DNA of 64,000 bases from Histomonas meleagridis 2922-C6/04-290x (Eukaryota; Protista; Parabasalia). The position numbers were made by a program, and so were the translations under genes. The DNA is taken from the NCBI GenBank assembly GCA_020184695.1, contig JAANOX010000085.1:186001-250000 (forward strand), written 5' to 3'. Position 1 is the stretch's first letter. Every line of letters starts with the position of its first letter. This document shows, piece by piece, positions 1 to 11,046 of this stretch. Below the pieces are notes generated by a model that saw only the letters and a list, made by a program, of their open reading frames with translations, did no database searches and had not been told where the DNA came from.

Positions 1-2
1 GC

Positions 3-1151
3 CATCCTTAAACGTAATGCTTTTACATATTCTGGTGATGGTTCTATGCCTCTAAAAAATGTTACATTAATTACTATGTCATTAAATGTCTTTAAAATAT
101 CATGTAATATTGTATAGCCATATCTTCGTTGTGTTTTAAATTTAGGCTTACTAACAATGGTTTGTATAAAATTAAGAATTTTTGTCATAGGTAAAATCTC
201 TTTAGGAAATGTAAAGATAAATGTATAAATAAAATGATATAGTGAATTTGAATTAACAAAGTTTTGACAACAATTTATTAAATGATCAAATAAATCATTA
301 ACTGTATCTGGTGTAAATAAATGTTTCACTTTATTCGAAATTAATGATAATAAATCAAATGATGATACTGATAAAAGTTCTGACCTTACATCGGTTAAGT
401 AAAGTAGTGAATTTATGAGCGTGTCATATTCAACAGACTCAGAATCAAGTCTAACAAGTGATTTACAAATTAATACACACCCATGATTAGTAGGTTGGTT
501 TTGTTTCATTCGTTCAATACATTTTTTAAAAATTGATTTATGAATATTTTGTGTTGATTGCTTTAAATGAAATCTAATAACTTTGGCTGAGACTATTCTA
601 AGTTGAGTATCATCACTTGTGACAGAATCCCATATTATTGAAAAAATTGATTCATTAGATGTAACTTCAAAAACATTTGGTAAAATATATTTACCTGCTG
701 CTGCTAAAACCTGTAATGCTGCAAATCGTGTATTTTGCTTAGTAATCCATTCAGTAACATGATTTGAAACTAAATCACGAATAAAATCTTCATTATCTGG
801 TAACTCAGAAACAAGCCATGAAAGAACTTTAGCAGCTGCACGTACAACAACTTGTGATTTATGTTTTAAGAGATTTGTAATAAAAGGTACATAAAATTTA
901 ATTTGGTCATAAGATCTATTAAAAAAATGTAAAACGGAAATATGAAGAAGTGCTGTAAGACATTGATTGACTTTATCTCCCTTTTGTAGTTCTTTAATTT
1001 GCTTTTCCCATTGATCAAAAATTTGTAAAATTTCTTGTTCACTACATACTAATAATTTTTGTCCAAGCGTCCTAGTATATTCTAGCCTAGAGTTTTTCCA
1101 TGACTTGAAATCATCTAAGCCTTCTAATGGATTTAGAGTGATTGGGATCAT
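3..1151 (-). CDS. TOR-like PIKK kinase, N-terminal HEAT region (runs off the window start; missed by the ORF track)
   Basis: Open frame from ATG at 1151 (MIPITLNPLEGLDDFKSW...) to the window edge. Contains RFAALQVLAAAGKYILPNVFEVTSMNQFFSIIWDSVTSDDTQLRIVSAKVIRFHL, resembling the TOR N-terminal HEAT segment (R-AA--VL..F..IW....D...R..A). The kinase domain is outside the window. Confidence 0.65.
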   Translation of the reverse strand, partial: MIPITLNPLEGLDDFKSWKNSRLEYTRTLGQKLLVCSEQEILQIFDQWEKQIKELQKGDKVNQCLTALLHISVLHFFNRSYDQIKFYVPFITNLLKHKSQVVVRAAAKVLSWLVSELPDNEDFIRDLVSNHVTEWITKQNTRFAALQVLAAAGKYILPNVFEVTSNESIFSIIWDSVTSDDTQLRIVSAKVIRFHLKQSTQNIHKSIFKKCIERMKQNQPTNHGCVLICKSLVRLDSESVEYDTLINSLLYLTDVRSELLSVSSFDLLSLISNKVKHLFTPDTVNDLFDHLINCCQNFVNSNSLYHFIYTFIFTFPKEILPMTKILNFIQTIVSKPKFKTQRRYGYTILHDILKTFNDIVINVTFFRGIEPSPEYVKALRLRM

Positions 1152-1189
1152 TTTTAGGGATTTTAACGTTCTTAGCCCTTAGCTCCAAA

Positions 1190-1197
1190 AAACCGCC
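1190..1197 (-). promoter_or_regulatory. Trichomonad M3-like core promoter element (GGCGGTTT) in an 80-bp divergent promoter
   Basis: Matches the Trichomonas M3 consensus [AGT][AG]C[GC]GTT[TAG], about 40 nt upstream of the TOR-like ATG. Confidence 0.45.
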
Positions 1198-1231
1198 ATT
1201 GGAATAAAAAACTTCCTTTGCTATACTAAAA

Positions 1232-4012
1232 ATGGTAGAAGTACCATTCGTATCAATCCATGAAATTACAGAATGTCCAAAATATTGCAATAATGTTAGA
1301 GAACAATTATTATCATTTCCAGAATTTTTTGGATTGTTACCAAATGAAATTATCGATATTGCTAATACAGATAAAATTAGTTTAAATGAACTGGTTGAAA
1401 TGGTATGCCAAAGTGGTTATTATAGAACAGGAACAGATGCTATTCAATTAGCAAAAACATTATTGTTTGCACCTGATTCTATTGTTTCTTTTGAAAATGT
1501 TACAATTTCACATTTAGATAAATTTAAAAATATGATAGATTACACAAGTCGATTGAACAAAGAAAAAAAAGCAAGTTTTATTAAGAAAAAAATGTCAATT
1601 TTAATTCCATTATTTCTTAGGTTAAATATTAAAGAAATTCCATCACCAGAATATTTGTTGATTTCTAATTTAGTTAATGAAACTATTCCAGGTCATCCAT
1701 TATCTTTAGCATTTCAATTAATGTTAATCATACATATAATTCAACATAATATTCAAAATGACGAAGTTATATCGCATTGTGTTGAAAAATCCATTCAATG
1801 TATTGATTCCATTCTTAAAAGTGAAGAATATACCATAATTCTTTTACCATATATCTTACCAACATTAGCAGAAATTCTTTTTTTATCTTTACCATTTTGT
1901 TTTTCTGAGAATATGCCTGTTTCTGGTAATCGTTATAAACTTATTCATCTCATTCCATCATTATTTTTACATATTGCAATGGCATATCCAGCATCATTCA
2001 AAAAAGTGCCGTTTCAGTCACTTTTGCATTATTTCTATCGTTTTCCAGATCGAAAATCTGATTTATCACCGCCGTATGAATTTTTATTAAAATATCCCGA
2101 ATATTCATATACAGATCAGTTTGCGCATTCTATATCAGCACTTGTTAATAGTTTTGTTTTATTATATCAATTATCAGTTGTTAATGATAATTTAAGTATT
2201 AACATTATCTTAACAACACTTATTAAATTTTGTAGTGGGTCACGAAATAATGAAACTTCTACATTACGACAACTATATAATACATCATTATATCCAATGT
2301 ATGAACCAATTTTTTCACTTTATCAAAAGTTATTATCAGAAGGACATCAATGTTCAATATCATTATATTTATTAATTTCCAATTATAATTATTCCGATTT
2401 ATTTAATAAATTTGAAAAGAAATTTAATTTAAGTTCAACAATACCTTATAATCTTAAGTTTTATCCTGAGATTCAATCAATCACATTGATAAATTCGAAT
2501 ACGATAGATAACATAACTTCAATTTTCGATGTAATTCGTTTAACTGATGGATTTTTATTACTTGATGATTTCAAATTAGCTAATATAATAAATAATACAC
2601 ATTTCGCATTATTTTTGACTAAATATTTAGTAAGTTTAATGAAATCTGGTAATCCGCTTTTAGATATTCGAATGGCGGTACCATTTGCGAAGCTTTCACT
2701 TGATTATATGAAATTACATTTAAAAATGAGACCTCCTAAATCACAAGCTGCATTAGGAATGAATATTCTCTTTGTCTTAAGTTTATATAATAACATAATA
2801 TTATCAGCGCCACCACTTTTAGATAAAAAACAATATATAACACCAATCATAGCCGAAATTTATATTATACGAAAAGAATTTGCTCGAATTGTATCGAAAT
2901 ATTCGCCTTATTTCTTTGTCACCGGATTTTTACAAGTTAAAACTCGTTGTATATCATTGTTAGATCCACTTTTGTTTTTGCTTTCTGATGTTTTATGGTA
3001 TACACCCGATATTAAAAACTTACATGAAATATCACAAAGTTTAAAGGAATTTCTTCCACAATTACTTTTGACTGGATCAATATTATTATTTAATGTGATC
3101 AAAAACATTTTATATTATTTAGGTCATGATATCACTGATATCATTCAAACATTATATAATATATATCAAAATGATAATAACAAAGATAAACAAACTCAAA
3201 GCATAATCCAAATTCGAATCCTTGCATTGTTATCATATTTATCTTCATCACCTGAAATTAAATTAACAATTTTAAATCATAAAAATATATCAGAATTTGT
3301 TAAACTTGCATTAAGTAATATCTCTACTCAAGTTGCATCTGAGAAAATGATTTGGTTTGCATGTGATTTCTTATTAAACTTAACATCGCCAAGTTTAACA
3401 CTTAATCCGTCATTTGATTTTGAATATCGATGTGCAACTGAATGTATTCCTTATGATTGCATTGGACAATTTGTAACGACTATCACTAATTTCTTGAAAG
3501 AAAATTATACAAAAGCTTCAATTGTAACTATTAACTCTGTTCTAAATCTTTTGCGATATTCCGCCGAAAACTTTTTTATAATTCAAGCAATAAGAGATTT
3601 AAAAATCGAATTACATATTCAAGACTTTTTAGATACGGAACTTGTGAATAATGATGACTTTATTGCTGTGTATGTCGAATTCGCTTTAATTATTGCACAA
3701 GCAGATAATATGTTTTGTAGATCAATGATTGGTTATGATATTGATAATACTATTTTGGATAATGAAAACTTAATGAGAGCTGAAAGAATCTCTGATTTGA
3801 AGTTACAAATACAACAAAGTTGTTATTATGAGCCATCATATAAATTATCGTCAATACAAAGATATTGCGCAAGTAAGTCAAGTTTATGTATGCATGGAAA
3901 GTTTAAGAAAGTCGATTCGCCTTTACTGCCACATATGAATTTAAATTACTTAAAGGAGTTAACTGAAAGTGATTTCGGTGAAGTGTGTCAAATTCCTGTG
4001 TTTATGTTCTAA
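1232..4012 (+). CDS. Large alpha-helical hypothetical protein (926 aa)
   Basis: Long uninterrupted ORF, Leu/Ile-rich helical composition; family not recognised. Confidence 0.85.
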   Translation: MVEVPFVSIHEITECPKYCNNVREQLLSFPEFFGLLPNEIIDIANTDKISLNELVEMVCQSGYYRTGTDAIQLAKTLLFAPDSIVSFENVTISHLDKFKNMIDYTSRLNKEKKASFIKKKMSILIPLFLRLNIKEIPSPEYLLISNLVNETIPGHPLSLAFQLMLIIHIIQHNIQNDEVISHCVEKSIQCIDSILKSEEYTIILLPYILPTLAEILFLSLPFCFSENMPVSGNRYKLIHLIPSLFLHIAMAYPASFKKVPFQSLLHYFYRFPDRKSDLSPPYEFLLKYPEYSYTDQFAHSISALVNSFVLLYQLSVVNDNLSINIILTTLIKFCSGSRNNETSTLRQLYNTSLYPMYEPIFSLYQKLLSEGHQCSISLYLLISNYNYSDLFNKFEKKFNLSSTIPYNLKFYPEIQSITLINSNTIDNITSIFDVIRLTDGFLLLDDFKLANIINNTHFALFLTKYLVSLMKSGNPLLDIRMAVPFAKLSLDYMKLHLKMRPPKSQAALGMNILFVLSLYNNIILSAPPLLDKKQYITPIIAEIYIIRKEFARIVSKYSPYFFVTGFLQVKTRCISLLDPLLFLLSDVLWYTPDIKNLHEISQSLKEFLPQLLLTGSILLFNVIKNILYYLGHDITDIIQTLYNIYQNDNNKDKQTQSIIQIRILALLSYLSSSPEIKLTILNHKNISEFVKLALSNISTQVASEKMIWFACDFLLNLTSPSLTLNPSFDFEYRCATECIPYDCIGQFVTTITNFLKENYTKASIVTINSVLNLLRYSAENFFIIQAIRDLKIELHIQDFLDTELVNNDDFIAVYVEFALIIAQADNMFCRSMIGYDIDNTILDNENLMRAERISDLKLQIQQSCYYEPSYKLSSIQRYCASKSSLCMHGKFKKVDSPLLPHMNLNYLKELTESDFGEVCQIPVFMF

Positions 4013-4208
4013 AAGTTGAATAAACATTAATATTTACTAGTTTTTTAGATGAAAACATATACTTAATAAGGAAAAAAAAGATCTTTTTAAGAAAAAAAAT
4101 TGTAATAAAATCTGCCGATAAGGAAATTGAATGCAGAACGATGGTTTTAAAGTCAAAATTTGACGTGATTAATCACTTAAATTTATAAATGTTAATCAAA
4201 TTCAAATT

Positions 4209-4745
4209 TTATTGATTGATATGCTCAACGAGCCAATCTAATCCTTCACGTAATCCACCTTCGTTGTATACTGACGTGGCTTGAACTTTCCATGGACGAT
4301 CTTTAATTGTGTTGAGACATAACTTGTTCTCAATTTCATCCGGAGAAAGTGCGTTTGGAAGATCTTGCTTGTTTGCAAGAACAAGCAACGGTAAATTCTT
4401 TGATTCTTTTTTCTCTAAAATATATTGAAAAAGATGTTCACGTGCTTCATCAAATTCACCAGTATAATTTTCATGAGAGTCTACTACAAATATAATTCCT
4501 TTTGAAGATTGAATGTAATGGTACCAAAGAGGAGGAATTCTGCATTCTCCTCCAACGTCCCAAATTTCTAAGTTAATACCTTTATGATCAATTGACTCAA
4601 CATTAAACCCAATTGTTGGAATTACTGTTATTATTTCGCCAAGTGCAAGTTTATATAAAATTGATGTCTTTCCTGCATATGGAAGTGATAACATTATGAT
4701 CTTTGTTTTTTTGTTCCCAAACAAGCAACTCAAGTACGAGCCCAT
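4209..4745 (-). CDS. Arf-family small GTPase (atypical G1/G3 motifs)
   Basis: Likely start MGSYLSCLFGNKK (myristoylation Gly2) at 4745; TIPTIGFNVE switch I, WDVGG, NKQD, GLREGLDWL. Confidence 0.92.
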   Translation of the reverse strand: MGSYLSCLFGNKKTKIIMLSLPYAGKTSILYKLALGEIITVIPTIGFNVESIDHKGINLEIWDVGGECRIPPLWYHYIQSSKGIIFVVDSHENYTGEFDEAREHLFQYILEKKESKNLPLLVLANKQDLPNALSPDEIENKLCLNTIKDRPWKVQATSVYNEGGLREGLDWLVEHINQ

Positions 4746-4834
4746 TATAATTTTGGTGTCTCTAAACTTCCATCTGACCAATTTCACATTTTTTTGTAAA
4801 CGTGTCAAATAAACGGTTATGATCGCATACATGG

Positions 4835-5685
4835 TTGGTGGTTCAAATGAAGAAAGTTTCTTTTACCCACAGGTTTAAAAAAAAGCGTTGTTGGACAAGA
4901 TATCATGAAGATAATGAATTAGTAGAAGAAATCATAAAAGCATTTGACAATGGTGTTAAATTAATCGATATTCAAAATCAAACAGATATTCTTTCATACG
5001 TTTTATCAAGATGGAAGAAAAAGTATCAAGAAGACAAAAGTTATCGCCCTGGAAAACAATATGGCGCTTGGAGAAGAAGATTTACCCAAGAGCAAGAGGA
5101 AGCTATTAAATCTCAGATTTTATGAGAACACAATATATTCTTCCAGGATTAGTTATTAAGAGAAAACAACTTTGTAATTTATTTTTGAAATTACGGAAAT
5201 CATTTGATCCAAATAGGGAAGATATTAATATACCTTTTTCATATCATTTTGTGAGTAATTTCTGTAAAAGAAACAATCTATCATTAAGGAACATGAGAAA
5301 GAAGAAGTAGATGAATTCATACGACTTTACTTACAGGCCATTACAAATTATGACAGCGATGATATCATCAATATGGATAAAATTTCATGGAACTATGTTT
5401 TCATGAGAAACCAAGTATTATCTATAGAAAGACTTTTTATAGGAAGAAGTTTATACACAACTTCCTGATGATTACAGGAGGAGCTTTATTGTTATAGCAA
5501 CTATATCAAGGGATGGAACAAAATTTCCACCAGTATTTATCCAGAATGGAAAAACGAATCAACATTTCGATGGCACGACATCAAATCCAAGTAAATATTA
5601 AATCCTTCATTCAAATGGAGGAAACACATCTGAGGCGTGCATGATAAAATACTTAAAATTACTGCGCAAGTGGAAAGGAAAATAA
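4835..5685 (+). mobile_element. Degraded pogo/Tc1-mariner-like DDE transposase (frameshifted, truncated)
   Basis: Successive frames give an HTH-like N-terminus (VLSRWKKKY; RRFTQEQEEAI; FVSNFCKRNNLSLR), IINMDKISW (first-Asp motif NMDE-like) and RSFIVIATISRDGTKFPPVFIQNGKT (DDE_1 signature). Several stops and frameshifts; no terminal inverted repeats found. Confidence 0.75.
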
Positions 5686-5706
5686 ATATTTACTTATATG
5701 TGAAGT

Positions 5707-6655
5707 ATCAATAAATTCGAATAAATTTCAAATATATATTTAAATCATCAAATTAAATTAAAAAACAAATTTAACATTAGTTTCGATATATTTATTAGTA
5801 ACAAGAAAATCAAAAAGTTCTTTATTGCCTGAGAATTTAGTAATATTTATTGATTTTATTGAAATTGAAGATTTTTCAAGAAAATATTGAACAATGAACA
5901 TGTTCCCAGTTTCAATTGATTCTTTAATAATGTTTTCATTGATTTTCATTCCATTTTCTAATAAAAATGATAAAATTTCATAATTATTAAATAAAATACA
6001 TTTAACTCCTAAATTTTCTAAATTATTCATTTCTTCAATTTTGTTTTCATAAAGATAATGAAATATTTCATTTTGATGAAATTCAATTGATGCTTCATAT
6101 GCATTTTTAAATGATGAATGATTTTGTTCGCATAAATGAATAATTTCTTCATTTCCTCCTGCAATTGCATATTTACCTGTATTATTTACATTTGCATTAT
6201 TCATAAGTAAATATTTAAAACATCTAACTGAAGAAAAAAATGCTGCATAATCAATTAATGCGACATTTTTTCTATTTAGAAATGAAATTGATTTGATAAT
6301 AACAACTCATCATTATTTTTCTCAAGAAAATATTTTGTTTCTTTTGTATTAAAAGAAAGAAGAAATTTAATTATAAAATTAAAATTTTATGATTACCATT
6401 ATCTATTTTTTCATTTTCTTTCATTTCTAATTTTTGTAAGTTTTCAAAACATACTTGATAATAATAAATAATTCTACAAACAATAAAATTAAATGAATAT
6501 GAAAATGTATTAGAAATATAAGGAAATGAGGATTCAACGGATTCAATGATATTGTCTTCATTTAAATTAAATATAATGTTTACAAGAGATTGTAATATTT
6601 GAAGATTTCCTTTATAAATATTTTTTGGTTGACTTCGAAACCCACTCATAAACAA
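5707..6655 (-). pseudogene. DUF3447-type ankyrin paralog, internally deleted and truncated
   Basis: Pieces align with the 11047 protein: ILQSLVNIIFNLNEDNI...FSYSFNFIVCRII, then LIDYAAFFSSVRCFKYLLMNNANVNNTGKYAIAGGNEEIIHLCEQ. The middle is missing and it ends in a spacer relic. Confidence 0.8.
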
Positions 6656-7050
6656 AATTAGCTTTTAAGTAATCCGACCAGATATATATTGAATATAATC
6701 GTTCATCGATTGTTTTCTGAGCTTTATTTCAAAAGTGATCTTGACTTCGAATAACGTGTTTTTAACGTGCATTATTCAATTTTTAAGTTTTTTTCTCGAG
6801 AATGTAATTATTTATAAGTCACTTGTTTCAACACCTCAAAATGGAAATGGCTTTGTCATTAAGACAGAAAAATTTATGAAATGATATTGTAAAATATGAT
6901 ACATTTTATTTTCTTTTGTCAATCATATTTGCTTTATCAAAATATTTCTAAATACAAAGCTATGAATAAAAAAAATGAAAATAACAGAAAATAAAAAATT
7001 ATTAATATTTTTATCAAACAGAAGTTGATCAACTTTTTAAAATTCTGCAT

Positions 7051-10000
7051 TTAGCTATCGAAAGTTATTGGCATACTTAAGTCATTATCTACAAAAGGAC
7101 CATTCATTACCACAAGCACAGTTACACCATCCAACAAATCCAATTCTGGTAACAACTTTGGAGTTACTAAAAAGTATTGTGATGCTTGATTTTTTCTTAT
7201 TGCGTAACTCATCACTTGTGAGAAAGTATTTCTATCATTTACCTCATCCATTCCCTGATTAATTTCGTCCACGACTCTAAAAGGGAATTTTGTACAATCT
7301 TGTAAAGCCAACAAATACATCAAGGTCGTGACACTTTTTTCGCCTCCACTTTGTCTTGACGATGACAATATATTCAATTTTGAAACCTTATTGAAAGCCA
7401 CCAACAAATTCAATTTGTACGTTTCCAGTTTTTCTTTGACGTCATAATCCAAGTGAACTTCACCTCTATAACCGCACGAATTCATTAATTCAGTGAAAGA
7501 ATTTGAAATCAAATTTATGTCATTTGAAACGACTTGTTTCCAATTTGTAAATCTTTTATCTAATTCGATTAAGTTATCTTCGGATTTCTTTTGTAATTCT
7601 TCTAATTTTGCTTTTGTTTCATTTCTTTTGTTTTCAGCTTGTGCAAATCGTTGAGCTATAGTTGGGTCAATATGAGCAATTGCTGCATAACGCGCTTTAT
7701 AATTAGCTAATTCTGACTTTAATATATCTAAATCGCCAGGTAAAGTTGCCATCATTTCTTTATTTTCGGGGGTTAATTCACATTTTTCTTTTGCTTCATT
7801 TTGTCTTTTCTTTTGTTCTCTTTCGAGTTCTTCTTTTTTATTATTTAATTCTAATATTAATCTTTCTTGTTCCGCATATTTTTGATTTTCTTCTTCTAAT
7901 TGTTCTTGTAATTCCATAAGCCGCGAGTTAATTTTCTGTTCATTAAATAATGCTTTATCTAATTCTTTTGTATCATTTATTATTTGTTGTAATTTATTAC
8001 CTAATTCTTTACATATTTTTGCTTTATTCTTTATATATATTTGTAACTTATTTTGATATTCTTCTAATAACTGTGGATCTTTATCTATTTCTTTCTTAAG
8101 TTGTTTAATCTTCAATTTAATTTGATCTAATTTATTACGTAATGTTAAATTATTTTGTATTTTATCTTTAATCTCTTGAATTTGTCGTGTTACTTCTGAT
8201 AATTCATCTTTAATATTACGTGAATGTAAATTGATATCATTTAATTCCTTTTTAATTTTCTTTATTTTTAATTCGATTTTTTCTTTTTCCTCAATTAAAT
8301 TCTTTTCATTATCTTTTTGATTAACTATACTACGCCATATATTACTTTGTCTAATTGGCGTAGATATAATTGTATATGTATTACCTTGTCGTGACTTATA
8401 CATAATATAAAATAAATCATCAATGAAATATCGATTAATTCCATACTTTGGAAAGATTTCTTTTTGTAACATTTCTATCGATTGTCTACATTTATTACCT
8501 TTACCAACAGGAATTCGATCTAATTTTGCAATGTTACATAACATTTTCTTTACGGGATATGGTGCTTCAAATAATTCATCAGCATAATTTGTAAATCCAT
8601 ATTCACTTAAGTTTGGACATTGTGATAATTGTGATTGACTTTGTTGTACATCTTCTGCATTCGATAAATTAATTCCATCGATTTTATTTTGTTTTGTATA
8701 TGCAAAGATTGTATTAAAGTCACGTGTTTTCTCTGCTAAAAATGATAATAAATATTGGTTCTCTACAATCATTTGAATGATATTCGCATTTCGTGGCTCA
8801 CTAAATTGTAATTCAATACATATTGGTCCATATACATTACCTTCGAATTGATTCTTATGATCTTCAATATATTGATATAATTGGATTTCATTATTTCGCC
8901 CTAAATTCTTTTGTAAATGTCGAATTAATTGATTTTTCTCATCTTCGAAACTTTTAATTCGTTTGTTGATTTCTTTCATTTTGTTTTCTCTCTTAGAAAT
9001 CCGTAAATTACATGAACTAATTTGTTGTGAGGTTTCACTTTCATTAAGTTTTAATTGATTATGTTTCTTTTGTAATTCTTTTCGTTGGTTATCAAGTTCT
9101 TTAACATTTTCTTGTGAGTCTGGAATTTGTGATTTTTGTTCAAGAATAGTTTGAAGTTGTTCAAGTTTCTTATTACGTTGTTGTTGTTCATCTTTAAATG
9201 TTGATAACTTCGCTTTAATTCCTTGTAACTTATTTTCGTTTTGAAACATTTGTTGTGATAATTTAATTACAATTGATTTCGTGTTTTGAAACGCTTCTTT
9301 GTATTTAATTGTTCCCCCTTTTTCTCCTTTGAGCCTTTCGATTTCATCTGTAAGTGGCGAAAGTTCTTTTTTCGTTTTCTTATAAATGCCAATCTCTTTT
9401 CGGAGTTGTTGATGAACTTCGCGATATTCTTGATGAACATTTTGATATATAACCCATGGAATTTTCTTCTCGTATTTTTCAATGTTCGCTTTGCATTCTT
9501 CAATTTGTCGATATCGAACAACATCATTATGCATACGTTCAACTTCCGATTGATATATTTGTAAGTTGTTTTGAAGATCATTGATCTTTTGTGTGATGTC
9601 TTTTTGTGATTGAAAATCTCGTAAAAGTGATTGATATTCAGAATATGCTTGGATATTAATGGCTTGCTCTGTAGCAGATAACAATTGCGTGGGTTTAAGT
9701 GTGGAGAATTCTTTGACACGCTCTTGTGGTAAAAACATACATAAATTATCTAATTGAATATGAAGTGCTTGAATACGTTGTAAAACATCGGCATTGGTGG
9801 TTTGCTTCCATTTCCCATCAGGAAATTTGATTCGCCATTGAGTTGAATTATCTGATGAAATTCTTCGACATACCCAAAATGGTGGATCAGCTGTCAAAAG
9901 AATTTTAATAATGGCTTCTTTACATGAATGTCGAATAAATCCTGTAATTTTATTGGATCGTGCTAATAGACTTGGTGATGCACCTAATCCGAGACCTATC

Positions 10001-10278
10001 GCACATATAATTGATGATTTACCAGAACCATTTGGACCAATAATAAGATTTAAACCAGGACTTGGAAAAATCGTCATTTTTTCAAAAGTCATGAAATTTT
10101 TTAGTTTAATACATTGAATTGATCCTTCTGAAAATTTATTCGAAACATCAGCAAAAATCGGAGGCGGTTTTTCTTTTCTTTGGGATTGAGTTGGACTCGT
10201 TCTTTTCATTTTGTTGGGTCCAACAGAATGCCATAAATTAGAACTATTCAAAACACTATGACATATTCCATTTTCCAT
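7051..10278 (-). CDS. SMC5: Structural maintenance of chromosomes protein 5
   Basis: Walker A GPNGSGKSS, long coiled coils with central hinge, C-terminal QSGGEKSVTTLMYLLALQ...FRVVDEINQGMD typical of SMC5. Confidence 0.93.
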   Translation of the reverse strand: MENGICHSVLNSSNLWHSVGPNKMKRTSPTQSQRKEKPPPIFADVSNKFSEGSIQCIKLKNFMTFEKMTIFPSPGLNLIIGPNGSGKSSIICAIGLGLGASPSLLARSNKITGFIRHSCKEAIIKILLTADPPFWVCRRISSDNSTQWRIKFPDGKWKQTTNADVLQRIQALHIQLDNLCMFLPQERVKEFSTLKPTQLLSATEQAINIQAYSEYQSLLRDFQSQKDITQKINDLQNNLQIYQSEVERMHNDVVRYRQIEECKANIEKYEKKIPWVIYQNVHQEYREVHQQLRKEIGIYKKTKKELSPLTDEIERLKGEKGGTIKYKEAFQNTKSIVIKLSQQMFQNENKLQGIKAKLSTFKDEQQQRNKKLEQLQTILEQKSQIPDSQENVKELDNQRKELQKKHNQLKLNESETSQQISSCNLRISKRENKMKEINKRIKSFEDEKNQLIRHLQKNLGRNNEIQLYQYIEDHKNQFEGNVYGPICIELQFSEPRNANIIQMIVENQYLLSFLAEKTRDFNTIFAYTKQNKIDGINLSNAEDVQQSQSQLSQCPNLSEYGFTNYADELFEAPYPVKKMLCNIAKLDRIPVGKGNKCRQSIEMLQKEIFPKYGINRYFIDDLFYIMYKSRQGNTYTIISTPIRQSNIWRSIVNQKDNEKNLIEEKEKIELKIKKIKKELNDINLHSRNIKDELSEVTRQIQEIKDKIQNNLTLRNKLDQIKLKIKQLKKEIDKDPQLLEEYQNKLQIYIKNKAKICKELGNKLQQIINDTKELDKALFNEQKINSRLMELQEQLEEENQKYAEQERLILELNNKKEELEREQKKRQNEAKEKCELTPENKEMMATLPGDLDILKSELANYKARYAAIAHIDPTIAQRFAQAENKRNETKAKLEELQKKSEDNLIELDKRFTNWKQVVSNDINLISNSFTELMNSCGYRGEVHLDYDVKEKLETYKLNLLVAFNKVSKLNILSSSRQSGGEKSVTTLMYLLALQDCTKFPFRVVDEINQGMDEVNDRNTFSQVMSYAIRKNQASQYFLVTPKLLPELDLLDGVTVLVVMNGPFVDNDLSMPITFDS

Positions 10279-10360
10279 TAAAAATTATGTACTTTACACG
10301 TATCGTCAAATCTGTGAATTCACATGGTCAAGGCATTTTCATATAACATTTCTTAAAAAA

Positions 10361-10732
10361 ATGGAAAGGAACCAAAAAAGAAATCCTAAAAAGAATGATA
10401 CAAAGGTCGAATTTGATCCAGCTTCAAGAAAGCGTTTTTTACTAACAATAAAAAATCATTCAAAAATTAAAGCAAAACAAAAGAAAAAATTTGAAAAAGA
10501 AGCATTAGCTAAAGCAAGAGCTGAACTACGTCAAAAGCACAAACAAGAAAGACAAGAATTTTTGGATCAATTAGTAAATGAAAGAGGTACAACAATTGAT
10601 AGACTTCCACTTTTTGCTGACAATTACAAAAATCAAATTACAATGGCAGAAGTTGACGCATCTAAACCAACAGAAGTTAAACTTTCTGTTGTAGATGTTG
10701 ATAAAAAACCAGAAATTCCGACAGATGAATAA
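10361..10732 (+). CDS. Small basic nucleolar protein, Nop12/Rrp17 (Nop25)-like
   Basis: VEFDPASRKRFLL followed by a K/R/E-rich helix resembles the Nop25 family F-D---R--YL motif; weak similarity. Confidence 0.45.
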   Translation: MERNQKRNPKKNDTKVEFDPASRKRFLLTIKNHSKIKAKQKKKFEKEALAKARAELRQKHKQERQEFLDQLVNERGTTIDRLPLFADNYKNQITMAEVDASKPTEVKLSVVDVDKKPEIPTDE

Positions 10733-11046
10733 TTTATTATCAATAAATTTTTTTAAATATAAACAGTTTTAAAATCTTTTTTGTTATTCTTAGTTGATCA
10801 TAATTTTTGTTTAAAACTATCAAATTTTAAGATGTGTTTTTATAAATCTTATAACAATTTTCTTTTATATTTCCATAATTACTTGTGCTAACGACAATAA
10901 AACAATTTATTGAAGTAAATTTTAAATGATCTCTATACAAATAATGCTCTAATAAAGAATCTAGTTTCAATAAATATCTGGTCAGTTGGCGTTCTTAATT
11001 TTTTGTTTCAGGGTTCATTTTAGTATAAAATAATTATTTTATAAAA

